A DNA stretch of 64,000 bases from Chara braunii (taxonomy: Eukaryota; Plantae; Charophyceae), in contig BFEA01000015.1 in assembly GCA_003427395.1 (NCBI GenBank), forward strand, positions 4,594,501 through 4,658,500, in the 5' to 3' direction. This document shows, piece by piece, positions 35,133-48,891 of this stretch. Every line of letters starts with the position of its first letter. Position 1 is the first letter of the stretch. The translations under genes and the position numbers were made by a program. The notes beneath the pieces were generated by a model. That model was given only the letters and a program-made list of their open reading frames with translations. It was not told the origin of the DNA and ran no database searches.

Positions 35133-36989
35133 TGGCGTGTTTGTATCTGGTGCAATCCGCGCACCAGATTCAGGCGTCTGGGTGCTCTCCTACGCAAGTT
35201 ACGGTCCGTTTTTGAAACGAAGGGCACAACTTTCATGAGCACACCCAAGTGGGGGGGGGGATTCAAAGAACTTTAAAAAATAAATAAATTGGACATTCAT
35301 GAATCCAGGTGCCTATAGGCACCGTTGGGGACTGCAAGTTCCCATCAACTTCCCATGCGCCACCCAGCACTTCAGTTTACACTTTTTTTTTTTCTTTTCT
35401 CTTTAACTGCAGCCCGTTCATTCGAACAAACAAGCGCATAGCAGACTTTACAGTCTGTACAATAGAAAAAGGGGGAGATCTAAAAAACAAAGAGAAAAAA
35501 AAAATAAAAAAATTTAGAAGAAAATCTAAAGAGAACGAATCTAAACAGGATGTAAAAAAAATAAAAATAAAACCATCAAATTTACCCTAAATAAAATAGC
35601 TGCCTGTTTGTTACAGGCGCCTCTAGATATTGTTTCCCTCTTATTGTTTCTAACCGCCGGCTGGCGGGTCACTTCCTAATTTTTCCTTAGTTTTTTTTGG
35701 TTTTTCCCTTATTTCGCTGACTTTGAGTCAACATTCAAGTCAAAGTCTCGTGGCTTATGGCTACGAGCAGTTGAACTACAGACTGAAGTTCGAATCCCAA
35801 TCGATTCGAACAAAAGAAAAATTGTTTATTTTTTTTCGATTTATGCGTGTCATCCTAACGAAGGGACTACGCAAATCCGCGCAGTGGATTCCCCCGCTGC
35901 ACGATCTCGACAATAGTGCGGCCGAAATTGGTCGTGCCTGATGGCTCTGGCACCTCAGGCTGCCCCTACAAAAGGAGCTAGTGCCAATAGGGAACCATCG
36001 GGTGCAATCCCGGCGCCTGCTGGGTGAAAAGTCAATGCGGTAACCTACTGGGCTAGCTCCTATTAATGGGAGCAATCCCCTCAACTCCTCTATCCTCGGC
36101 CTAGGCAAGCCCAAGCCGCATCGCCTACCCAACGGTCATTGCCCCGCCATCTAACCGGCAGGGGCTTGGTCCGGCAGGCCCTGTAAGCCAATCCTTAAGC
36201 CACAAGTCCGGCCTCGGGCCTCAGACGGTCCATCCTCGGGAAAAAAAGGCATATCCGTCCAACCCTCTACCGTGTAAACTTCATGGCCGACCTTTATCTG
36301 TCATCAAAGCTTTAAACTGCGTGGTTGCAAGCCGCACATTCTTAAAAAATAAAACTCGCCCTTCTGCATGCTACCAATCGTAAGAGCGGTTGATGGAAAG
36401 TCCGCTCCTTATCAAAATTTTCAGACATTAGATTCTAAACTGAAAGCGCAAAGTCACAGGGTACGTTAGGACAACCTTCTGACAATCAACCTTATCTCAT
36501 CAAGTCGAATTCTTATTGTTCATCGGACAACGCTTGTCATGGAAAGTTTTGGGCAGATACCCTTGTTAGCGTTTTTGTCCCGATATCGGTACCTCTGTCC
36601 TTTCAGAGAGAAACATCATTGCAGGCTCTGATATCGTCAACACAGGCCCTAGAATTAGGCTACTTGGACAGGTACCCCCTTACCCACCACTGTTGGGCCT
36701 TTCAAGATGCTAACTGTTATCTTCGTCTGGTCGGCCTCTGGTTCTTATCATATCTACCTCTACTTGACCGGTACATGTCTACCTACTACTTTATTGTATT
36801 TCCCTACTGCTATAAATGTTGTGAGCCTACCCCTGCTATTTGAATGGCTCTAAGTGTCACCGCCCTACCCCTGGTACTTGAGTATTTTCCCGCCACAAAC
36901 CTCAGAGACACGGCAATAAGTAAGTATTGATCGTGCAGGGGCCTCTCAAACAAAAAGGTGCCCTTGGGGGTCATATACATACGCAGGCC

Positions 36990-37350
36990 GAGAAACACTC
37001 ACACATATACTCAGACCAGCAAGCATGCACACACATAGACTTGCGGGTCACACACATACTCAGGCCGAATCGCACTCAGACAGACACTTGGACCAACTAA
37101 AATTCACATACACAGACTTCAAAATAGGCACGCAGACCAGCAAGCACGCTCACACACAGACTTGCGGGTCACACACATACTCATGTTGAAAAGCACTTAG
37201 ACAGACACTCAAACGAACAAGAATGCACGTACGCAGACTTGAAAACAGGCAAGCACGCCCACAAACAGACTTGCGGGTCACACACACTCTTAGGTTGAAA
37301 AACACTCAGACAGGCATGCAAAACAACAAGCATACACACACACAGACTTA
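36990..37350. repeat. ~120-bp CA-rich tandem repeat, about 3 units
   Basis: AGACTTGCGGGTCACACAC occurs three times. Confidence 0.85.
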
Positions 37351-38068
37351 GCAAACGTGGATATTTCAACAAGGTATAGATTCCAACAAGAAACCCCCAA
37401 AATCAGTGGAGTTCTCAGTCCGTGTTTATCTTTCAGCCCAACCAATTCAATTACCTATCGAATCTAGACAAGACGCTCTTTCGGGCTTTTTTCTATTGTC
37501 ATTATAGTATTAAGAAGAACCTCGTATCAGCCAAATCCGTGATCAAGCCTCCAACGAGGGAACATGAGGGGGTTGCACCCACCAGCAGGTGCAATACCTG
37601 CTAACAACTTGTAGGTGATACCTGCCAACGGTCAGCCGGTAGCATCAGGACCGAACTTCTTCAATGGGTCAGTCTAAACTATGACCTATGACCGAGAGAC
37701 TGAAATTTTTTTGAACTTTAGTTCGGACGTTTACGTCGTCCGAAAATAATGGCGGTAAATGGCGCGATGTGAAGTGATGGGGACTTGAGGTCCCCCAAAA
37801 GAACTGTAGGCGCCCGTTTTCACGGGCAGCCTAAGAAGTAAGTCTGTTTTTTTTCTTCTTTTCTTTTCTTTTATTTCTTCTTCGATTTTTTTTAGATTTT
37901 CTTTTATATTTTTTTATTTTTTTTTTCTTCTTTTAGTTCCCCCCCCATATCATTGTGGTAGTGTACAGCTGCATCGGTTCGTTTCTAAAAACGGTGGCAG
38001 TTGCCAACAGCCGTCCGAACCTAGCGCTGTTGGCGCCCAGGTATGGGCATGCATGTGGGTAAAGGGCC

Positions 38069-38257
38069 GAAGACCCCGTTGAGCATGGCATGTCGATCCT
38101 TTAGCATTTTAGGACCTGAAGCCAGAGGCGTCGGGATATCATTGTGAAGCAGGGATGTGCTTGTACCTGACACTTTTGTTGTGCCTAGTACAGGCGCGCT
38201 ACTAAAGGAAAGAAGAACATGTTGAACTTGACTCTAGTTCGACTCAGTGAAATGACT
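38069..38257 (+). pseudogene. Mosaic of 28S rRNA fragments
   Basis: GAAGACCCCGTTGAGC; TCGATCCTTTAG...TGAAGCCAGAGGCGTC; TATCATTGTGAAGCAG; GGAAAGAAGA...TTGACTCTAGTTCGACT..GTGAAATGACT. Confidence 0.75.
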
Positions 38258-38579
38258 ACGAGGAGGGGCGACCGTTCGTTTTGAACGACAGGTTGTCCCC
38301 TCACAGAGAGAAACGAGGGGGTAGAGACAGGGAAAAGAAAAAAGGAAGAAAGAAAAATAAAAGGGGAAAAAACTGAGAAACGGCCACGTATGTGGCCGAG
38401 GTAGTGACTTGATGAGTGGGTGAGTGTGAGTAAGTGTAAGTGGGGCGGAGTCTATTCTTTTTTTGAACAGGCTCGACAATGGTTGGATACAACCATTCCG
38501 TGAAGCAGTTGGCCCAACTGGGAGGCCAACTGCTTCAGGGATTGAATGACCTTCGTTCCCCTAGGGGAACATCAACGTT

Positions 38580-38680
38580 TGTGGCCCTTGATCCTGGGCC
38601 GGGTCAAGGGCCCAGAGCAGTTTCATTTTTTCGACTGTGGGCTAGGCAGCTGCCCACAGTCCTCAGTTGGCTATAAAAGC
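38580..38680 (+). promoter_or_regulatory. Candidate Pol II promoter: palindrome plus TATAAAAG
   Basis: GGCCCTTGA...TCAAGGGCC upstream of CTATAAAAG (38671); same layout on minus at 34528-34625. Confidence 0.45.
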
Positions 38681-38779
38681 CCGCAGCACCTACACTTGCC
38701 TCACAGTTGTTGAGGCAGTGATGCTGCTCACTTGCACTTCAAGTGCAGATGAGCTCCATCACATTCAAGTTGTGATAAA

Positions 38780-39385
38780 AGTGGGGTTGAGTCTGTTCGT
38801 TTTTTTAATAGGCTCAGCAATGGCTGGGTACAACCATTCTCTGAAGCATTTGGCTTTTCCCCCAGGCCACATGATTCAGTCTCTCGGTCATAGGTTAGTC
38901 TGAATGAACTTTGGCAAACGTCAATCTCATAAAGTCCTTCAATTCAACATGTCCGACGTTTAAAATCCCCGACAAATACCCTTGTCAGGGTATTTGCCCC
39001 GACAACATTCCTTTCTGAGAAAGATATCGGAAACCCTATGCACAAGGGGTCAGCGGCAAGGCAAGGCATACCTCATTTTTGTGGGGTTATGTTGCGAAGA
39101 ATTTGACCGTGACAACAACTTTTAGGAGGGTGGTACGTCTAGAACGAGTGGGGCTGAGTCTGGTCGTTTTTTTAACAGGCTCGGCAATGGCTGGGTACAA
39201 TCATTCTCTGAAGCATTTGGCCTTTCCCCCAGGCCACATGCTTTAGTCTCATAGGTTAGTTTGAATGAGCTTCGGCAAACGTCATTCTCATCAAGTCCTT
39301 CAATTCAACAACAAAAAAATCAGATAGCGTCCGACGTTTAAAATCTCTGGCAAATAGTACCCTTGTCAAGATGTTTGCCTCGACA
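38780..39385. repeat. Local direct repeats (38780-39004 and 39148-39385; partial third at 38439-38515)
   Basis: GGCTC.GCAATGG.TGG.TACAA.CATTC..TGAAGCA occurs three times. Confidence 0.85.
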
Positions 39386-40419
39386 CCTATACCACACCAA
39401 GTAGAGGTAGATGTGCCAGGTATTCGAGGCCGAGAAGAAGAAGACAGAAGTTTGCATTTTTAAGGGTCTAGTACCGGTAGATAGGCGGGTACCAGTTCAA
39501 GCACCCTGAGTCTAGGCATATGTGGACGAAACAAGGGTCCGCAATGATGTTTCCTTCCAAAGGGATGAGATATCGATTGCTTGGGTGGCGGCGTGGACAA
39601 GAAGTTACCGCCCAACTCCCTCTCTACATATGGGAGGTTGAGCAGATCCTCAGCCTCAATTTGCGACATACGAGTAAGGACAGAGGTACTTCTCGAACAA
39701 GCGTTAGCAATCCAAACGCTACCGCAAACCTAATGACCACACACTAATAATCACTCTAGTTGTATGGTTGGGGCGTATATTAATTTATTGTGATTAATGT
39801 ATTGACGATAAAGTCTCAGTGTACTTCGTAGATCTACCTGTCCTAACACTAATCCAATCGATTTCTCGACCTTCTCCGTCGAAGGGTATTACGATCGATT
39901 CTAACCATCAGAGAGCGTGTCACCATAACAAGCACGCATAATTAACGAAAATTTTCACCGATTTGCCCCAGCCTCAATGGCCGAGGAAATCGTTTCAAAG
40001 TTTCGTGTGAAAAACGTACGCGCCTTGAACTTCGAACCGATCCCGTCTTGATAGTCAATGTCGTCTCTGTGTCGATTGCAAAAGCATGGTCAAATACCCT
40101 TGTAAGGGTATTTGGTCCAACAGTATTCCCAGACCCCATTAAGCAACGTTCTCATCGCTAGGGACATTTATCACGATCGTTCATACAATTTTCCCTTAGA
40201 TCGTTTCCCATTATCAAATCAACCAATAAAATATGACACGATCGATAACACCACTAGACAGATGATACAATACAAAACAATACATGTACTTTTTTTTTTT
40301 TTTTTTTAAGAAGGTAAGTCTCTTTCCCAAAATAAGGCGCACCTTTGATAAGTGGATTGTCAAATCTGAGTCCTTCGATTGAGATGCATCAAGATTCGCA
40401 TTGTCTCCCTTGCTATATT

Positions 40420-40496
40420 CTACCATCGTAGGGATTCTAACCCGGGTCTCCCACATACTAAAACTCCAAAACCAAAATTCAACAGACCAATGGTGA
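40420..40496 (-). pseudogene. tRNA-derived relic (Glu/Asp-like)
   Basis: GAGACCCGGGTTAGAATCCC B-box/T-arm, A-box-like TGGTCTGTTG, ACCATT/GATGGT acceptor-like pairing. Confidence 0.45.
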
Positions 40497-43400
40497 GGAT
40501 ACTGGATTTGTACTACAACAGTGAAACTTATCAAAAGAGACAACGATCATTTTTTTCACAACTTTAGACCTTCTTCTCCGGTCCTCGTTTGTTGTCCAAC
40601 GAGTCGTAGAGTTTGGCCCTATAGACGCGAGTCTTAACCTAAACCATATTTTTGTCGTCTCGTTTGAAGTGTAATGTGAGGTGATCGGCGGTCTTTGTCT
40701 AAACCCACCGCAGTCTAGTTGATCAAGCCAGATCTGCGACCCACCATGTTGTTATATTAACATCGGTTCCCGTATTGGTTATACAATAACGGGTAAAATC
40801 CCCCAATCCTAGGTTTTACTCAGCTTCTAGACCTGACTCTCGACCCCTCTTGTAATCACCTACTTTTATCCCTAGCTGGGCGGTCGCCCTTAAGGTTTCA
40901 ACTCTATGCCAAAACCAAAAGGTTTATTGTCTGGTTATACTTAGTCAACAACCTACATTGGGAGTGATGCTCCAACGATGTCAATTTTCCATCATAGGCT
41001 TGGTAATTTTAGTCCCTCAGACTGACCTCCTTGAATGGATGAACGATGTTAATTTCAATATAAAAAAAAAAAAATTGTAGACAAAAATTTTCTCTCTCAT
41101 CCGGTTACCACTTCTTAGACGAACGATATGCATTTCAATATATATCAAAAACAATGAATAAAACTACCAATAAGAACAATTTTTCATCGTCGTCAGGTTG
41201 TCATGTATTTGATGAACGAGGGGCATTGTCAGGTTGTCACTCAATGGTCGTGTTTTCCCGTCTTAATCACAGCTTGGTCCGACACACATCTCGGAGATCT
41301 ATCAAGATAACCAAAATGACTCGAAAACCCAAAATAAATATAATTGTTTTGGTTTCTACAATACCATTGATGCAAAAATATACATTTCATAACATCGGTA
41401 ATTTCGAATGAGCCTCATCTTTTGGATCTCACAGACTTATCTTAGACTAACCCTATAGAGGAATGAGCAGGGTCTTTTCAATACATATCGCTGATGTTTT
41501 TTCAAGCATGACACATTTCACATGCTTGTCCAATATCAATAGCATGAGGGTCCAAAATAATTTCATGATTCAAAGCAAAAATTTAATTTAGGTCGTCATC
41601 AGAATGACTCTCGGGGTTATGCCCTCGATGACTAAAACAATGGTGAAATCGATAATATATTTCATGAATGTATATATAATACTCGGATTTGAGTATTAAG
41701 ATGAGATTGATAAAAATTATTAAACTTTCTCAACAACAGTCGTAAAAAATCAAATTACATTTTGCTACTCAGATCGATATCATCAGTTAAGAAACATGTT
41801 ATAAATAATTTGTGACTATACGCATGGCTTTCCCTCTGTTTTCACAAAACTTCACAATAGAAATATAAATGTCATCCTCGTGCCATAAAGAAACAATATA
41901 ACTTGAATAAGAAAGTAATATTACAAAGAGATGTTCAAACAGTAAAGAAAGCAAATAACAAATTTGAAGTATTCAATCATGTCACTGCAAACAAATATCA
42001 ACTGATAATTTTTATTAACAATGAGAACAACGGTTACAATGAAAATTTTCACAATAACAATCACAATGGAACTACAGAAATAACAATAATGATGACATAG
42101 CATTTATTGTTCTTTTTGACTTAACATAGATATATTGTGTCAATGGTTGGTGTAATCTTGTTAAAGAGATAACATCTTAAATCTTGAGCCCCGCTCTAAA
42201 ACTGGGTTTCACCACATCTCCTTCCGATTTCAATGTTGAGACCCTATTAGTATTCTGTCAACAGAGTCGGAGGACCCCATCTCGCATGCTTTAGGTTGAT
42301 TAAACCTTGACCATGGAGATGAGGTGACCCTGCTCGACACAAGGTTAGGTAACCACTCCTTGCCTCATGACGAACAGCAGTCGACTTTCCTATAGACATC
42401 GTCCTAACAAGGTTCCTAATATCTTTCCCCCCTTCGACGATAGTGTAGTCACCTCTCCTTATCAAAGAAAGTGACAGCAGCTCACTATGGACCAGGAACA
42501 TTGTTCCGGCGTGAGTCTCACTATCACCTACGAGACTTTACTGTACTCTCTTTAAACCGCTTGTAAAAAATATCAATCAACGTTGCAATTTTTCAAATGA
42601 TAAATTTTTCGTGTTGGTCTCCCTTGAGAGAATGTATTCTCTTAAAAGGTGGGACACTCCATTAACCGTCATCCCCATGCTGAACGTGGATTTCATATAA
42701 TTTTTATACCCTTATTGAAGAAAACAATTCATAAATACATCCAGGCAGGCACAAACAATCACAAAACAATCGATAAATGCATATATTCATAACAAGTTCT
42801 AACTTCACCCAACAAAGAACAAGACATACAATAACACATCACTTGAAACATATATCATTCATTCTCACGTACATTTATTTATACCCACTCATAGCGTGAA
42901 TACGAAGTTCTATCAATCTTTATATAATACTGTCATTCGAGGAGTTAGATAACTCTCAAGTGGATACTCTCATTCTCTAAGCTTATTGAGTATATTATTA
43001 TAGGAGATAATTATTAAGTAGGAAGTCTCGTATTTATCTTCTTACATGATACGATTTCCAATGCTTAACCAATCGATAAAGTTAGATTTTATTCACAATT
43101 TCACATACATTTCAATTTGGATAAATCTGATCCGACTTTTTATGCAATCATTCCTAAAGCTAATTCATTATAATACAATAGCATATACAACCTCAAAGAG
43201 ATACGTATTTTTCAAGTATATGACATAATATTATGCTCGTTATACTATTTGTACCTAAGGATTAATCAATCACGAAGAGGGTAATAAAATAATTAATTTA
43301 TATCTCATAATCTTCTAACGATTAAATATTTTTCTAATAAACAACCCTACCAATTAAACTCTATGCCACATTGTCATAATGTTATAACCATATTTCTACT

Positions 43401-46400
43401 AACTAGTCAGTCCCTAACTATTGAGATAACTAAGAATAACATTACTCACATTTACCTTATTTATCGTCTCATACCATCTCACACTATGATCATAAATGGT
43501 TTTCTAAGACCTTATTATCATACACACCCTAAGCTTGCCTTTCGAAATCTACACAAAAAATCGAGGTTCTTTGTATCACAATAGACCTTGTATATGTTAA
43601 TTCACTACCACCTAAACGTAATTATTAAGTAGATAACTTTGCTACAATATAATTTTGGTAGCTCGACAACTTTAAAGTATATATTGTTAGAGGGTAACTT
43701 TAATTCATAGAGGGTAACTATTTTAAACAGATAGTCCTTAATTGATACGTTACACAATACAACCTTCAGAGTTAGACTATAGCTGAGAGACCGAGTTTAT
43801 CACTATGACTTATATCACACAACTTTAAAAATTTAATGATCGGTTTAGATCATGTAAACAATAACTAATAGGGTTAGTTTAATTTATAATCCTAAAGTCA
43901 TAACGTATGACGCATGACCTCGCGAACACACATCGTCTTTCAGTAGGTAGCCTGACAACTATACACTTTTTCAGGGTTCGTGGCGTTTATTCGACATTCA
44001 CATATATCATCCAACTCCAAAAGATAACTAACGGTACGTATCATCTTCCTTTCCTCACCTTAACATGATCAATTCTCATCATTTAAGTCGTCAGTCCCCC
44101 CGACAGTCGAAAACTGTCGGCCTTGTAAGTTAGGGTCGGGTTGTACGGAGGCGCCGTGACCAATCCCGGCGGGCTCAATCCCGCCATTTGAAATCCAAAA
44201 TTTTTACGATTTTTCGTGTTCGAAAGAAGTTTTCAAAAATTCTAAAAATTTGAGGGTGCGTAGATTATGACGTAATCTTTCTAGAACAAATATCAAAAAT
44301 AAAAATAAAAATCATTTTGACCAAGAAATAATCGGCGCGCTGATTCGGCACATTTTCAATTTCTTGACACAAATTGTATTTATGCCATTCACTGAATTTT
44401 TCACTCTTTGCTACTGGTACCCCTCGCAAAACGACGCTTCCGGTAAAAAGAGATTTTCCACGTTGGGGGGATTGGTGGTTCAACAGAAGTACAATAATGA
44501 CGAGATACTGAAGAAATTCAATCTTTTTTATATTCTTAACAGTGACTCAGATTAGAGATTCAAGCCTTATTAGAATAAATGCTTCAGTCTTGCTAGCTTG
44601 GGACAAGCAACACCCAAACCTACTATGGTTGCCTTTCATACAATTCTGCCTACATGGTGGGTAAGAGATAACCCCGCATCGATTGTTATGGCATAGCAAG
44701 AAAACTGTAATCTCAATACATAAATAATAATCCGTTGGTACGACTTATAAAATGAAAGGTGGAACATGACGCACTATGGCGGTGAAAGCGCATGGCGAGA
44801 AAGTTGAAGAAGGACGATTAAGTATCAGTAATAAGGTAGGATTGAGATAGAAGGAATGAAACTTATCGTCAGACAAATACAGGATGTGACTTAAATCATT
44901 GTAAGGTGCGGTATAATGTTCTCTCGTGAATTCCTACGACAGGATAGGGTCACGTGAGGTATAACTTACCTCCGCCTAAGAGGCTGTCACCACTCTTGAA
45001 GGAGCGTATCTTTGCAGAGCTATCGTACCACGTGCGAAAACTGATTAATTGCAACCGCAGAGGTGGCTCAACCGAGGGCGTTCCTCGTACACTGTAGCAT
45101 AGGGGGTATGTGTGGTGTCATGCCTCTATCGGCCCCGTACGAGAACTAACGTACTGGGGGGTTGAAGTCCTAAGCACGACTCATCGTCCGTCGACGAGGA
45201 CGTTTCCTTCTTACCATGCTATACACAACAGCAAAACAAAAAGTCAGATCACTTACACAAAACAAAACACTCTTAGTCCGTTTTGCATCTGACCCATAAC
45301 TTCTCAAGACGAAATTGGTTTGCGTCACACACGAGGCTCAAAATATATACTGCGCGAACGCAACCTTACTTATATCGACTAGCTATGCAATGAATACGGA
45401 AGCAGTCGCTGTGATGGGGTACTATGTAGTACTCATAATCGTGTGCCCCTTAGTGGTTTCAAGGGTCACGTTCGACACTCAAGTGTCGGCTAACATGCGT
45501 CGTGAGGGGTTAATCTCTCGACGCCAGACAACCATCAAGGCGGTTGAAAACCACACTCTTTTCTGCAGTAGTCGGGCTTTATCACCCTTGAGACGAGCTC
45601 CATCATCCAGGGTCTGGAAAACATTCAAGGGGTTTTGACTTTGATGGTTGTCACGGACTTCAATGTCCATATAATAAGTTAAAAAAAAAAAAAAAAAAAT
45701 CTTTCAAATGCGAACTCAGTCCAACCTTTACGCACAGTCACAGTAGGTCGAGTGGACACTCGAGGTATATATATATATACATATATATAAAGGGTTATAT
45801 GTACGAGACAATCACTTGTCATAATGATTGTGAGACTCCCCTCAACTATATGTATATATGATCGCAGACAGTCAAATCCAGAGTTCGAACCACAAACATA
45901 TTTGCAATCACATCAAAGATTCAAACAAAAGTTCACGCACTATGCGGGTCAACTTCAACCACTCTCTGCGCTTATACTCATCGCTTTAACTAAACCAGCC
46001 TCAACCCTTGTCCAACCTTCCATCATAAAATACTCAGTATCTTTGTTAAATAGTCATTCAATAAAGTATGGGTAACCTAACGAAACAGTTCAAACCACAG
46101 GGGTTAAAACCTTTAGGTTGAGTGGCGAGAGTGAATTAGAGTTAAGTCGTAAACGGACGAATCGACAACTGAACTGTTATCAGTGATAACAGAAGATGAT
46201 TCTCACGAGATCAAGTTAAAACTAATTCAATTCTGGGTCGAAATGTTTAATGAGGACCTGTAATAAAGGACATGTCAATTCTCAAACTCAGCTTATAAGT
46301 ATATGGAGAACAATCTTCATATCATGCCTCACTCAAATCCTTCCAACAACTAAGTTTGAATCTATCACTAAGCAAGTGTCCAAAGGAAAAAACGATCTTT

Positions 46401-46470
46401 GACAACATGTCCCCTACACAGGGTGGATCGCCATAATCTTTCCTATCAATTTTTTTCTGTCAATATATAA

Positions 46471-47030
46471 TCTAACTCCTTTAAACTAAGAAACTTTCGG
46501 CAGTTTTTCATAGGAAAAGTGCCTTCTCATAATTTATATTCGTCTGAATATGAAAACTGAAATAATCTTTAACTCTAGAAAGTCAAATTTTGTCCAACTC
46601 CTTGAATTGGTAAAACTTTGGGCAGCATCTTCTTTAGAGAAGTAAACTTCTCAGATTTATACTAAGTTAGATACGAAAAACTCAAAATAAGACTTTGAGT
46701 TTTTACCAAGACAAAATTTAACTAACTCCTTAGATTTGTAAAAATTTCGGCAGCACTTTCCATAGGGTCAAAATTTATACAGAGCTAAGAACATATCTGA
46801 AGTGGTTTTGACTTCCCTAAGTCATATGTTGTGTAACTTTCTTAATTAGCAAGGATTCGGGCAGCACATCCCTTGGAATAGAAGGTTTTTCAGATTTCTA
46901 CTAAGTCAGATATAAAACTTAGACAGATGCTGAACTTTGAAAAATCAGAATTTAACTAACTCATTGGTTTTGTAAAAATATCGGCAGCGCTTCCCGTAGG
47001 AAAAGTAGCTTTCCAAAATTATACAAAGTC
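46471..47030. repeat. Array 1 in copy C (five units)
   Basis: Same unit consensus and order as 27533-28131. Confidence 0.85.
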
Positions 47031-47272
47031 AAGTAAAATAAATTATCCCAGAGAATGCAAGAATTGAGCTAACTCTTATAGCTCTAGCAAATTGCGAGTA
47101 ACTAAAGCAATTACATTTCAAACTGAAACTCAGACTAAGTAAACTTCACACTCAACCATGTGCAAGTCCATACCACAATGGTAAGTACTCTCACCCAGTC
47201 TCATGTCAATTCCATATAGGATAGTTCATAAAACTTTTATGTGATTTATTCATTACTTACATATGGCATGGT

Positions 47273-48370
47273 GCTAAACTATTCAACTTAAAAACAATAT
47301 CTAGCATGCTTTAGAATTATACACGAACAGATTGCACAACTACTTTTCTCTTCAATGGGCGTATAACTAGACCATTCAACTTAAAAACGATGTATAATCA
47401 CCTTGAACTGTTTAATATCAAAAGTTTAATAATGTTGTGACTTATTCTAAGAAGAAGAAAAAATATGCATAGAGCATGGAGCCATTTAGCTTAAAAACAA
47501 TGTCCAGCTTGTCCAAAGTACTTCCAATTATACTTGTTGTTTTGCCCTCTCTTCTTAGTGATATTGGTTTAGCGTTGGACCATTCAGCTTAGAAACAATG
47601 TACAGTTGTCTGTTCACATATAAATATAAGTAAGGTACCTCCAATTATACTCAGTTTACTTTTGTGAGTGGTTTCAGGCTAAACCATTCAGCTTAAAAAC
47701 AATGTTTAGCCTTCCATTAAAATCCTCCATTGAAATGAAACAAGTGGACCATTCAACTTAGAAACAATGTTCATTTCATCCAAAATCACTCAAAGCATGA
47801 AGTTGGATAAAATATGGACAGGGGACGAAGCCATTTAGCTTAAAAACAATGTTCAACTTGTCCAAAGTACTTTCAATTATACTTGTTGTTTTTCCCTCTC
47901 TTCTTAGTGATATTGGCTTAGCGTTGGACGATTCAACTTAGAAACAATGTACAGTTGTCTGTTCACATACAAATATAAGTAAGGTACCTCAAGTTATACT
48001 TATTTTACTTTTGTGAGTGGTTTCAGGCTAAACCATTCAGCTTAAAAACAATGCTTAGTCTTCCATAAAAATCCTCCCTCGAAATGAAACAAGTGGACCA
48101 TTCAGCTTAGAAACAATGTTCATTTCATCTAAAATCACTCAAAGTATGAAGTTGGATCTTTCAACCCAAACTCAGTCGGAAACCCCAAAGAAACAAACAT
48201 ACAAAGCCATTTAGTTTAAAAACAATGTTTGGTCTCAAATATAAGTTGGGCAAACCCTCAAAAATAAACACATTAACTAGACCATTAACTTAAAAACAAT
48301 GTTTGATCCTTCATAAAACAAACAATAAACATAGCACTAGGTCATTCAGCTTAAAAGCAATGCTCAACCT
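47273..48370. repeat. Array 2 in copy C: about 13 hairpins with loop CATTCA(A/G)CTTA(A/G)AAACAAT; includes a 349-bp-period duplication
   Basis: AGGCTAAAC/GTTTAGCCT, AAGTGGAC/GTTCATTT and others; 47480-47808 repeated at 47829-48157. Confidence 0.88.
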
Positions 48371-48563
48371 TAAAGACTCGGTCAAATGCATGCAAAACTA
48401 TTTTCCTCCCACCTTCCCCCAGTTCATCCCTTAGTCTGCTTTCAACGAAAATAAAAAGAAACTTGAGATTCATACATACATTCCTATCATTCAGTCTGAT
48501 TGAATCATGAAAAGAAAAAAAAGTCATAAGGGAACACATACATACATACCAGACAGACAAAAA

Positions 48564-48891
48564 AACAGTCATTTCGTCAAAACGGACATATTATATTTTT
48601 TGAACGAAATCAAAACTGACTTTTTTTGCCAAAATCCGGTCGGAATTTTTTGCTCCTGGGGGTCCGGCGTTTTGGGAACGCCGGACCCTCCTGGTCTATG
48701 GTTGAGACCACATACTTTTTTTTTTNNNNNNTTTTTTTTTTATCTGGTCTCAACCATAGACCAGGGGGGTCCGGCGTTCCCAAAACGCCGGACCCCCAGG
48801 AGCAAAAAATTCCGACCAGATTTTGGCAAAAAAAGTCAGTTTTGATTTCATTCAAAAAATATAATATGTCCGTTTTGACGAAATGGCTGTT
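48564..48891. mobile_element. Palindromic MITE inserted in copy C
   Basis: Near-perfect ~160-bp arms around a short N gap; absent from copy A; family of 12784-12994. Confidence 0.85.

Larger units (their letters stand above)
34495..38715. mobile_element. Mirror structure with diverged arms ~34495-35790 and ~37640-38715
   Basis: Ordered inverted matches: TATA/palindrome block, CGTGGCCGTT...TGTGAGGGG, 28S piece, CCGTTTTT(A)GAAACGAA, GGGGAC..CAAGT.CCCATCA. Confidence 0.65.

Noticed and set aside
38029-38040. TGGCGCCCA as a tRNA-Lys PBS
   Set aside because: Not preceded by an LTR end; lies inside the mirror arm.
44906-45200. Group II intron (GTGCG/GAGCG precedes structured domain 1 in all three copies)
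   Set aside because: No recognisable domain V/VI or maturase; TG...CA ends and a purine tract favour an LTR. An Intron_gpII cmsearch would settle it.
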